NCBI GenBank assembly: GCA_011364905.1
Contig: RDNZ01000045.1
Location: 1-22,426 of the forward strand
Length of the DNA: 22,426 bases
Direction of reading: 5' to 3'
DNA from: Candidatus Thorarchaeota archaeon
Lineage (GTDB): Archaea; Asgardarchaeota; Thorarchaeia; Thorarchaeales; Thorarchaeaceae
In this document: positions 1 to 7,988 of the stretch, piece after piece
Layout: the number at the start of each line of letters is the position of its first letter
Position numbering within the stretch: position 1 is the stretch's first letter
Program-made: the position numbers and the translations under genes
The notes under the pieces: generated by a model
Seen by the model: the letters and a program-made list of their open reading frames with translations, nothing else
Told to the model about the DNA's origin: nothing
The model's database searches: none

Positions 1-13
1 TGTATATGTCCGG

Positions 14-307
14 ATGAAACATATGCTTGAGTACAAAAATAGTCAATTTCACGAGTGCACTGGGACGCCGACAACTCCCATTACTCTGACAGTTGACGAA
101 TCCACGAAGAAGCTCATTCTCGTTGTTCCCAGCGGTGCGAGCATGATTGAGCGAAGAGCCGCAGAACGTAATGCTCGCGGTATTGAGAAAGTAGGTTTTC
201 AAACCGCGTCAAAAGGCCGAATAGGCAGAGGCTATGAGCTTGTCATAGAAGGTCACGGTGGAGGACTTCCTGATCGCCTCAGGCACTCTCCACGAGAGGT
301 ATACTAG
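14..307 (+). CDS. Small single-domain gelsolin/cofilin-superfamily protein (Asgard ProGel-like), putative actin-binding protein
   Basis: 97 aa. The pattern strand-strand (TLTVDESTKKLILVV), then SGASMIERRAAERNARGI (long helix), then strand (YELVIE) matches a gelsolin repeat. The C-terminus GGLPDRLRHSPREV resembles the gelsolin G1-G2 linker GGVASGFKHVVPNEV. Confidence 0.6.
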   Translation: MKHMLEYKNSQFHECTGTPTTPITLTVDESTKKLILVVPSGASMIERRAAERNARGIEKVGFQTASKGRIGRGYELVIEGHGGGLPDRLRHSPREVY

Positions 308-410
308 GGATTCATCATGACTGCAGGGCTCATGGGTACCGAGATTTGCTTCTCACTGAAAGAGCGTTGGCACCCGAATGTCCACAGTGCTAGTAGGAGA
401 GAGGTTCAAG

Positions 411-2081
411 ATGTCTGAAGAACGAGCGAAGAGATGGATTGAGGAGTCACAGAGGGATGTCATTAGACAGTCAGCTGGAAGTCAGCACCTTAAGAGAGCT
501 GCAGAGGCCGAAAGGTCGGGCAATATAGCCTCTGCTGAACAGGAATATGCTTTAGCTGCGGAAGCTTTTCTGAAGTCCGCAGGCGAATACCGTGGCGGAA
601 AGAGCTACAAAAAGGCCGCAATCAATATGTGTGCAGCTGGCGATGTTTACTCAGATTTAGGTGATTCGACCAAAGCGGTAGAGAGCTACACTGGAGCAGC
701 AGATGATCTTCTTAATGCCTCTACAGAACATCTCATGTGGGGCGAAGATGCTGAAACAAGCAAAGGCACAGCGCTTGCTATGACTGCATGCATGATGTAC
801 ATCATGGTTGGAAGAGAAGCTGACGGATTTTACAAGGCTCGTGGGTTTGTAGCTGAAAATGCTTCAAAGATACGCCTGCCTGCAACAGTTCGACTGAGTC
901 AGATTCCTCAGATGCTAGAGAGTTCAATTCAATCTGTAAATCTGGAGTCCTTTGCTTCAGCAGAAAACGCTGCAGTGACTGAGTTAAAAGCTGCGCTGGC
1001 AAGTGCCAATAGTCCGGAATTCTCCAAATATGTAGACAAGGGTCTCGATATGGTCCGAGAGCTACTTCGTGGAAAGCTCAAAGTACCAAAGCTATCATCA
1101 CAACTAATACTCCCAAATGATCTCACCTTCACAGAAGAGTTCCCTGTTCGGGTAATGATAAAGAACGCTGGCTCTGGGGAGGCCCTAGATCTCACGATTG
1201 AATGGCACATCCCAGAGGGCTTGAATCTAACATCTGGAGAGCGTAAAAAAGCAGTCAGCCTCTTACCACCAGGAGAAACACTGGATATTTCGGTTGTTTT
1301 GAAATCTGCACAGCCAATGGTTGGTGAGAAAGAATACTCCATCCTTGTTCGTGGTTCCTACAGTGACAAGCTAAAGACATCATATAGTTTGCAAGCTGGA
1401 CCCGGTTCACTGCTTCTACGTGACTATAAGGTCAGTCAGCAGCTTTCACGTGACGCAGATCTCACTGACGGTCGAGTAGGCCTACTAAAAGAGGCCATCG
1501 AAGCATCAGAACTCGAAGCTGAACCTTTGATACGTATTGTCAACAGTATGATTTCCACCATTAAGCAGAGTCGTATAGACATTAATGAGGGTGATTTGGA
1601 TCTTGCTAAGGCAAGAATTCGAGTCGTCAATGAAATGACTGACACAATCGACTCACTCCTTGGCGATGATGAGCTGTTGAGGAATCTCTCTGAGAAGAGA
1701 GAGGCAGAGAAAAAGGAATATGCGATGAAGACACTCACTCCTGCTTTTGATGAGGTTATTTCTTTCCTTGCCAGTCAGGAGAAGAAGATCGAAATGGAGT
1801 CACAAAATGCTCTTGCTGAATGGGATACTGAAGCCGCGAAAAAACAGAACCTGAAGGCAACATTGACTCGTATCAAAGACGTCGCTGGAACTCTCGCTAC
1901 CTCCGGCGCCGATACCTCGGTCCTTGAGGATGAAACCAACAAAGCTCTCAGTAATTCCCTTCTCGTTATTGGAGAACGTCCTTCCTCTCCGGAGAAAGTG
2001 GAGATAGCATTAGTTATGGCGCGTTCAATACGAAATGAAATCACCCAAATGCTTGAATCAAGAAAGAATGAACTAACATAG
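411..2081 (+). CDS. Multidomain protein: N-terminal SNAP/TPR-like solenoid, central Ig-like (CARDB/DUF11-like) domain, C-terminal helical/coiled-coil region
   Basis: ORF track gives 378..2081. ATG at 411 is preferred because AGGAGAGAGG lies just upstream. Ala-rich helical repeats (AEQEYALAAEAFLKSA, KKAAINMCAAGDVY, AVESYTGAADDL) are followed by the Ig-like signature FPVRVMIKNAGSGEALDLTIEWHIPEGL...LLPPGETLDISVVL. No signal peptide. Confidence 0.65.
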   Translation: MSEERAKRWIEESQRDVIRQSAGSQHLKRAAEAERSGNIASAEQEYALAAEAFLKSAGEYRGGKSYKKAAINMCAAGDVYSDLGDSTKAVESYTGAADDLLNASTEHLMWGEDAETSKGTALAMTACMMYIMVGREADGFYKARGFVAENASKIRLPATVRLSQIPQMLESSIQSVNLESFASAENAAVTELKAALASANSPEFSKYVDKGLDMVRELLRGKLKVPKLSSQLILPNDLTFTEEFPVRVMIKNAGSGEALDLTIEWHIPEGLNLTSGERKKAVSLLPPGETLDISVVLKSAQPMVGEKEYSILVRGSYSDKLKTSYSLQAGPGSLLLRDYKVSQQLSRDADLTDGRVGLLKEAIEASELEAEPLIRIVNSMISTIKQSRIDINEGDLDLAKARIRVVNEMTDTIDSLLGDDELLRNLSEKREAEKKEYAMKTLTPAFDEVISFLASQEKKIEMESQNALAEWDTEAAKKQNLKATLTRIKDVAGTLATSGADTSVLEDETNKALSNSLLVIGERPSSPEKVEIALVMARSIRNEITQMLESRKNELT

Positions 2082-2115
2082 TTCAAGATTGTTTAGGAAA
2101 TGAAACATGCCCTGA

Positions 2116-3315
2116 CTACTGTCTTGCCATGTAATCCTCCAAACGATTCATTGCATCCTCAATCATTTCTGGTGGTGGGAGAAATACGCTCCGAAAATGG
2201 CCTGAACCGTATTCTGGTCCAAATCCTGAACCCGGTACAAAAACGACTCCTGTATTATCAAGTACATTAAGAACATACTCGGTGTCATCTCTCCATCTGC
2301 CGCGTAAGTCAATCTTCGGCATAATGTAAAATGCAGCCTCAGGTAGCATCGTAGATACGGAATCCACATCATTGAGGCGTTTGTAAATCAAATCCCGTCG
2401 TTCTCTCATCTTTCTCATTGTTTCTTTGAGATAATCTCCATTACTTCGGAGAGCTGTGGCTGCTGCTATCTGAGCTGTTGCATTCAGGCATATTCTCACC
2501 CTGGCTTGTCTGATCATTGCATCGTAGAGTGGATCAAGCTCTCCATTATTGTCATGGAAATATGCATACCCCACTCTCCAACCGGGCGCGAGGTAGACTT
2601 TACTCACACCGTTGAATCCAATGACGGGGACATCACTTGCAATCCGGACCATTGGAGTCTGTTGTTCATCATAGGTCAACTGGTCATATATCTCGTCTGA
2701 GATTAGGGGTAGACCATATTCTCCGGCAATTGCGACAATCTCTTTTAGAGTCTTTTCGTTCCAGACAGCACCTGTAGGATTGTTTGGATTGATGACGAGT
2801 ATTCCAATTGTCTTGTCAGTTATCTTCTTTCGAAGGTCTTCAGTATCAGGATTCCAATCATCTTCTTCTATCGTTCTATAGGCTACCGGTCTTCCACCGA
2901 AAAACCTCACATAGCTTAAGTAAGGCGGATATGAGGGTCCCGGCACCAATAGTTCAGAGCCACTCTCCACCAATGCTCCGGTAAGAAACTGGATTGCTTC
3001 AGAAACCCCTGAGGTGACAATCATGCGATTAGGGTCGACATCAATCCCATTCACACGTTTCTCCTTCTCTGCTGCAGCAAGTCGAAGTTTCTCTTCCCCT
3101 TCTGATGGTGAGTAGCCATTCCAACCTTCATTTGCAGCCTTACAGATAGCATCCACCATGTACTGCGGGGTTTTCCAATCATACTTTATTGGGTCTCCAA
3201 TGTTGAGATAGAGCGGTTTCTCTCCGGTTCTCTTTTCATATTGTTTAGCTGCAACTACTATATCTCGAATTGCATACTGGAGGTTTGCTGCTCGTGGAGT
3301 TATGTTTAATCTCAT
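2116..3315 (-). CDS. PLP-dependent aminotransferase class I/II (alanine aminotransferase-like)
   Basis: Motifs LNIGDP, INPNNPTG, SDEIY, PLP-lysine motif GVSKVYLAPGWRVG and VPGSGFG..HFR. The N-terminal YAIRD is typical of the AlaA/archaeal AlaAT group. Confidence 0.92.
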   Translation of the reverse strand: MRLNITPRAANLQYAIRDIVVAAKQYEKRTGEKPLYLNIGDPIKYDWKTPQYMVDAICKAANEGWNGYSPSEGEEKLRLAAAEKEKRVNGIDVDPNRMIVTSGVSEAIQFLTGALVESGSELLVPGPSYPPYLSYVRFFGGRPVAYRTIEEDDWNPDTEDLRKKITDKTIGILVINPNNPTGAVWNEKTLKEIVAIAGEYGLPLISDEIYDQLTYDEQQTPMVRIASDVPVIGFNGVSKVYLAPGWRVGYAYFHDNNGELDPLYDAMIRQARVRICLNATAQIAAATALRSNGDYLKETMRKMRERRDLIYKRLNDVDSVSTMLPEAAFYIMPKIDLRGRWRDDTEYVLNVLDNTGVVFVPGSGFGPEYGSGHFRSVFLPPPEMIEDAMNRLEDYMARQ

Positions 3316-3409
3316 TCTTACCCCTGCGTGCGTTGCAGTCTATCCATCGTATATTGTTTTCCTTCTTGCACCTGCAAGCTTCGTTTCAATTATTGTGGCT
3401 ATGAAATGA

Positions 3410-4159
3410 CTAAAGTGGAATCTCAAGTAATGGGATCCCTGCTAAGCCCAGAATCAAAATTGTAAGACCTATTTCCAACCACTTTGATTTTGTTTCAAGA
3501 GAAAACCAGCTGCCTATCCGAGATCCGATTGTTGATCCAATTAAGACGATAGCTCCCGGGATCAACAACAAATGGCCATGACCCCAGTAAAGAAGGACAC
3601 CAACAATTGAAGTGAAAATTGCTGCAAAAAGAGCTGTTGCTATTGCTTTGTGCATCTCAATATTAAGCAGTCTTTGCAGAGGAACAAAAAGTGATCCTTC
3701 ACTTCCTCCCCGCATGCCTGTGAGTGTATTGAAAACAAGTGTTCCTGAAACCAGGTTGTTGAATGATGGCGAAAACTCTTCTGACACCTTTGGAGCGAGG
3801 TTGTGCAGATTCATGGCAACAACAGAAACAATGGAAACAAGAAGGAAAATGAGCGCTAGAAGAAGTGCCGATGTTGCAAAGTCGAAAGCTATCAATGTAC
3901 CAATGACTGTGCCCAAAATTCCTCCCAGAATCATGTATCCCCCAAGGTGCATATCGATGTTTTTCTTCTGAGACATAGCCCCAATGAAACTTGAAACTGG
4001 TAGCGCGATGAGATTCATTCCATAAGCCGCAATAAGAGTGAATCCTAGCAAATTCAGAAGTGGTATTCTGATGGCTCCTCCACCTATTCCGAAGAACCCA
4101 CTTGCCAAGCCGGAAACCAATCCAACAATTCCAGCTAATATCAGTAGAGTAGTATCCAA
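3410..4159 (-). CDS. Sulfite exporter TauE/SafE family membrane protein
   Basis: Duplicated motifs GLASGFFGIGGGAIRIP and GMRGGSEGSLFVP, plus KAIATAL and GSTIGSRIG. About 8 hydrophobic segments. TTG start. Confidence 0.88.
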   Translation of the reverse strand: MDTTLLILAGIVGLVSGLASGFFGIGGGAIRIPLLNLLGFTLIAAYGMNLIALPVSSFIGAMSQKKNIDMHLGGYMILGGILGTVIGTLIAFDFATSALLLALIFLLVSIVSVVAMNLHNLAPKVSEEFSPSFNNLVSGTLVFNTLTGMRGGSEGSLFVPLQRLLNIEMHKAIATALFAAIFTSIVGVLLYWGHGHLLLIPGAIVLIGSTIGSRIGSWFSLETKSKWLEIGLTILILGLAGIPLLEIPL

Positions 4160-4318
4160 GTTTCTAATCCTTCTATTTTCTTATATCAACCGCGAAATTA
4201 CATTCTATAAGGATTAGGATGTAGGATGCGAGAGTCTATTCTAATCAGCCATCAGTTGTTGATTAAAAACGCAATTGTTTTCCAATCTTTAGCTCAGGCA
4301 AACTATAGGACATTGAAG

Positions 4319-4603
4319 TTATCTTCGATACGGACTGTATTTCAATTCCATTCCGCCATCAATGAGTCGCATGTTATAGGGGAACAATCCGATACGATCT
4401 CCATTTTTTACGATATCTGAGTGATGGGCCAATCTCCCATTGATGAAACAGTCGCCAATATTCGAGATCTCAAGTCCGAGTCTTTCAACAAGCTCCTGAA
4501 AACTTTCTCCCTCTTCAAATTCAATCAAGAGAATTGTGTCTTCATTGGCTTTGCTATCTGGGACCATCTTTCTCAAATGTCCATAGAGATGAACATCAAT
4601 CAT
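4319..4603 (-). CDS. MoaD/ThiS-like (beta-grasp, ubiquitin-like) protein with an internal GG followed by a 10-aa extension
   Basis: IDVHLYGHLRK...ELVERLGL...FING...VKNGDRIGLFP is a typical MoaD/ThiS/SAMP pattern. The protein ends ...LIDGG-MELKYSPYRR. Confidence 0.8.
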   Translation of the reverse strand: MIDVHLYGHLRKMVPDSKANEDTILLIEFEEGESFQELVERLGLEISNIGDCFINGRLAHHSDIVKNGDRIGLFPYNMRLIDGGMELKYSPYRR

Positions 4604-4738
4604 GTGTGTCCTCTCTATAACATATCAAATAAATCTAAAGAAGTGACGACTTGTTTCAAGGAACAGACGACGACTTCATAATCCTGCGTTTTTACGTAGT
4701 AGCGAATCCAAAAAAGAGGATTCAAGTAACAATAGTGT

Positions 4739-5191
4739 ATGGCTGCTTTCAAATTTGTTACACATGTCTGCACAGATGAGCATGAATGGGCAGTTGCTCA
4801 AAGAGAGCTGGCAATTATCGATCCTGAGATGGGTGCCAACATCACCGAAAAGACCGGTATAACGAAGTTTGGTCCACCTATAAGAGTCATCATCAAGAGC
4901 GATACAGATGAAACCGTTGGTGGTGTTTTTGGAGAGCTATTTGGGGGTTGGTTATACATCTCCGTTCTTTGGGTAGCGAAACCGTTGAGAAACCAAGGTC
5001 TTGGCACAAAACTGATGAATAGAATAGAAGTAGAGGCCTCAAAACGTGGTTGTACAAATGCTCATTTGGAAACTTTCAGCTTCGAAGCTCCTTACTTCTA
5101 CAAGCGTCTGGGCTATGAAGTGTTTGCTACTCTTGATGATTATCCCAAGGGCCATTCAAAATGCTTTTTGAAGAAGTGTCTAAAAACCTAG
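4739..5191 (+). CDS. GNAT family N-acetyltransferase
   Basis: WLYISVLWV, acetyl-CoA-binding motif RNQGLGTKLM, and LETFSFEAPYFYKRLGY. Confidence 0.9.
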   Translation: MAAFKFVTHVCTDEHEWAVAQRELAIIDPEMGANITEKTGITKFGPPIRVIIKSDTDETVGGVFGELFGGWLYISVLWVAKPLRNQGLGTKLMNRIEVEASKRGCTNAHLETFSFEAPYFYKRLGYEVFATLDDYPKGHSKCFLKKCLKT

Positions 5192-5220
5192 CATTTCTTA
5201 ATCTGGATTCAGACCGAGTT

Positions 5221-6888
5221 TTATTTCGCCAACTCCAATCCGCACTTCTGACAGAATTGCGAGCCTGCCTCGACCACTGCTCCACACTTGGGACATTTTC
5301 CTGAATATCTACTCCAAAGAACAAGTAGTCTCTCTATATCATCTCGTTGCAGAAGTCTTCTCCGTAGCAGTTCTTCCAATCCCTCAACCAATAGCTGCTC
5401 CGCTTCAGGAGCTAGGAGCATATTCCCATTGACGCACGCCTTGTCAAATGCATCTTTGAATGACTTATCATTCTTCAACCAGTCGTCTATAGTAGCATTA
5501 ATCGCAACATCGAACTCATTGCTTAGGGAGCTCCCCTTTCCCATTGTCAGAAGATTATCATCAGGTAAGAAACAAGGAGTGAGTATTCTCTGGGTCTGAT
5601 CGTCATATTTGGCTACAAAAGTGTGCACATCGATGAGTGTCAACGGGGCTAGATCACCGATTGAATTGTTATCTAGTGTCCAATTCATCAAATTCAGAAA
5701 CTCTTGCTGAAGAGTCATGACCCTGTTTTCGATAGACTGGTCGGCTTTGGCAATTGCGCTGTTCACTTGCGTCTTGAGATCATCCAACTCGGCCGACTTC
5801 TGCTGCATTTCGTTTCTTGCTTCATCGATCCTTTTCTGACGTTCTTGGATTTCTGCTTGCAATAGCGACTCTGCTTTCATCTTGTTTGATTCGTAGTTTG
5901 ATTGGGCCTCGGCGATACGTTTCTGTAAGTCCGCTTTCTTCGTGTCCATCATATCAATGGGCTGCTGGCTATTCGCTACAGTCGATTTCAAAGAGTCTAT
6001 GAGACTGCTGTAAACCGAGATTGCACCTTCGGTGTCTGCTTCTTTCATACCAATCTGAGTTCTGGCTTTTCTTATTTCATCCACAATGCCACCAAAGAAC
6101 TGCTCAAGATCATTTACAGCTCTTGAAAAATCTGCAGTCATTGCACGCAGGTTCATTTTGTGTTTCTCACGCAACTCATAGAGCTTGTTATCTTTGTCCT
6201 CTGTGAGCTTGGCAATCTCCTGTTTTGTTCGCTCCTCCATCATTCTAACTCTTTCGTTCCCTCTTTCTTTTTCTAAGTTGGTGACATTATCAAGAATTGT
6301 GGTTTGAGCTCCAAAGTTTTCTCTGATTAATTTCTGCAGAGTTTCAGCTGACTCAATTCTCATCTTTGCTGAATCAGATACCTTCCTGAATTCCTCAGAT
6401 CTATTGAGCGCAGCGGCTGAGTCTGAAGCAATATCAATTCTATTTGGCCTTGCATTGGGATCGGAAACTGTAACATACCTTCCGACTACATTAAGAAGTG
6501 AAGGCTCAACTAAGTTGGCCACATCTGCCGTATGTGTGTCAACGTTCTCAATAAGCGGATGTATCTTTGAAACTACCTTTGGGATATCAGCCGCTTGGGA
6601 TAAGTCTGAGCTTACGATTCTCTTTACTTCACTTGCACCCTTCATCTCAGTGAAATGAAATTCCTTTCTCCTGCTGCTCGTTGCAGTCAAAACGATTGAT
6701 TTAGTGGGCGATGTCTGAACAATCCAAAACGGAAAAGATACACTACTCAGACTAACGATCCTCGAGCTTTTCCCCTTCTGTGATTCAGCAGATGCAAGTG
6801 CTGCAGCAATGCAAATGCTCTCAGGTTCTGCTTGAATTCTTGTGCCATCTTTCTTGAACAAGTAGTTTAGATTTAAGTTTCTTACCAC
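5221..6888 (-). CDS. Coiled-coil protein with N- and C-terminal globular parts and a C-terminal zinc ribbon
   Basis: 555 aa with a GTG start and upstream GGTGG. Heptad-rich E/K/Q/L/M stretch at about aa 160-400. C-terminal CPKCGAVVEAGSQFCQKCG. No Walker A motif. Confidence 0.75.
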   Translation of the reverse strand: MVRNLNLNYLFKKDGTRIQAEPESICIAAALASAESQKGKSSRIVSLSSVSFPFWIVQTSPTKSIVLTATSSRRKEFHFTEMKGASEVKRIVSSDLSQAADIPKVVSKIHPLIENVDTHTADVANLVEPSLLNVVGRYVTVSDPNARPNRIDIASDSAAALNRSEEFRKVSDSAKMRIESAETLQKLIRENFGAQTTILDNVTNLEKERGNERVRMMEERTKQEIAKLTEDKDNKLYELREKHKMNLRAMTADFSRAVNDLEQFFGGIVDEIRKARTQIGMKEADTEGAISVYSSLIDSLKSTVANSQQPIDMMDTKKADLQKRIAEAQSNYESNKMKAESLLQAEIQERQKRIDEARNEMQQKSAELDDLKTQVNSAIAKADQSIENRVMTLQQEFLNLMNWTLDNNSIGDLAPLTLIDVHTFVAKYDDQTQRILTPCFLPDDNLLTMGKGSSLSNEFDVAINATIDDWLKNDKSFKDAFDKACVNGNMLLAPEAEQLLVEGLEELLRRRLLQRDDIERLLVLWSRYSGKCPKCGAVVEAGSQFCQKCGLELAK

Positions 6889-7074
6889 GGCGAAGCCACC
6901 TTGAAAGAAGTTGACGACTCAGTACCAGTTATGCCTTTTTAGCACTCGTTATGTTTCTCTCATATTGCCATTTAGAGTTTCATTGTATTAAACCCACTAA
7001 CACTCAATGGCTCCAGAGCTATCCAACTGAAGAATTTGAATCTCATAACGAGCTGTTTTGAAAAACCATCACAC

Positions 7075-7482
7075 TCATGTGCTATCGCGTCTAATCAACG
7101 TAAAAGTAGTTGCCTCATCGATTGATAGCTTCTCTTCTGTTAGAAGTTCTCTGAGAATCTCTAGGTATTGATTGTTCAGTCTGAATCCGTCTCCCTCTAC
7201 GACCCTTAATGTTGCTCTATGATTCCACTCAGCATCTGGATCATCTACGGAATGGAGGGTCACAACATAATTCTCTCCTGCTCTCCCCATCATCAGTCTT
7301 ATAGTACTATAAGTGAGACCTTTCATCTCACTGCCAATAGAACGCTGAGCATAGATTTGAATTGCAGACATGAATGAACCAAACAGCTCTTGATTGACCT
7401 TTATGTTTTCAAGGCCAACTGACGCTTGCCGAATACCTGCTTCATCAAATACAATTATGCCCTTCAAGATGGCAACAACCAC
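7075..7482 (-). CDS. Longin-like / roadblock-related (profilin-like fold) small protein
   Basis: The order beta-beta (ILKGIIVFDEAGIRQAS), helix (QELFGSFMSAIQIYAQR), beta-beta-beta (MKGLTY, IRLMMG, YVVTL), helix is the longin topology. The LxGxFxSAI motif is common in Asgard longin-like proteins. Confidence 0.65.
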   Translation of the reverse strand: MVVAILKGIIVFDEAGIRQASVGLENIKVNQELFGSFMSAIQIYAQRSIGSEMKGLTYSTIRLMMGRAGENYVVTLHSVDDPDAEWNHRATLRVVEGDGFRLNNQYLEILRELLTEEKLSIDEATTFTLIRRDST

Positions 7483-7569
7483 ATTGTACTCTCGTACATT
7501 CTTTTATGAAAATCTGTATTATGGATAGCTCGTATAGACAGATGTGACCCAGGTTGACCATAAGACAGG

Positions 7570-7959
7570 TCACTGACCAAGAAGATCTCCGACTTCCTTT
7601 GCATATTTTCTCATTTGAGTAACTGCAAGACCCATGGATGTCAGATCCTTTGCCGCTCCCATCAGCAGAAACTCACCTGCATGAGAAAGAACCACAAACC
7701 CATCCTGTCCACGAACCACAACTTCGTAGAGTTCGCTCAGATCAAGTTTACTTGCTGCCATCTCTCCAGTCATTAAGAGAGCAGCACTCACCGCAGCCAT
7801 GAGGTCTGGGTCTGCTTCAGAGTCTTCCGTAGCAAAATAGGCGAGCTTGACTCCCTGTTTGCTTACCACAGCTATTGCATCAAGGTCCGCATAGTTAGTC
7901 AGACCCATCAATAGTTCAACAAGTTCCTTTTCCTTTGCAGGATCAAGATGAGATGACAT
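7570..7959 (-). CDS. Roadblock/LC7 (MglB/LAMTOR-like) domain protein
   Basis: AIAVVSKQGVKLA, DLMAAVSAALLMTGEMAASKL, EVVVRGQDGFVVL and MGLAVTQMRKYAKEV. GAGGT ribosome-binding site upstream. Confidence 0.9.
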   Translation of the reverse strand: MSSHLDPAKEKELVELLMGLTNYADLDAIAVVSKQGVKLAYFATEDSEADPDLMAAVSAALLMTGEMAASKLDLSELYEVVVRGQDGFVVLSHAGEFLLMGAAKDLTSMGLAVTQMRKYAKEVGDLLGQ

Positions 7960-7988
7960 TTCGTTTACCTCTTTTCATGCGAAATTGA

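Noticed and set aside
311-345. SECIS-like AUGA...GA element after the first gene
   Set aside because: No proper stem between the motifs, and no in-frame Sec UGA candidate in neighbouring genes.
802-2086. Minus-strand ORFs 802-1002, 929-1342, 1436-1738 and 1775-2086
   Set aside because: Antisense shadows of the long plus-strand gene, with Ser/Phe-rich composition and no motifs.
4226-4681. Plus-strand ORFs 4226-4420 and 4421-4681
   Set aside because: They overlap the better-supported MoaD/ThiS-like gene on the opposite strand and have no recognisable features.
4704-4723. Hairpin GAATCC-aaaaaaga-GGATTC upstream of the GNAT gene
   Set aside because: A 6-bp stem is expected by chance, and its position between divergent genes does not fit a terminator.
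5221-6888. SMC/Rad50 or ESCRT-III/CdvA assignment for the coiled-coil protein
   Set aside because: No Walker A/B or signature motif and no central hook or hinge. Size and domain layout do not fit Snf7 or CdvA.
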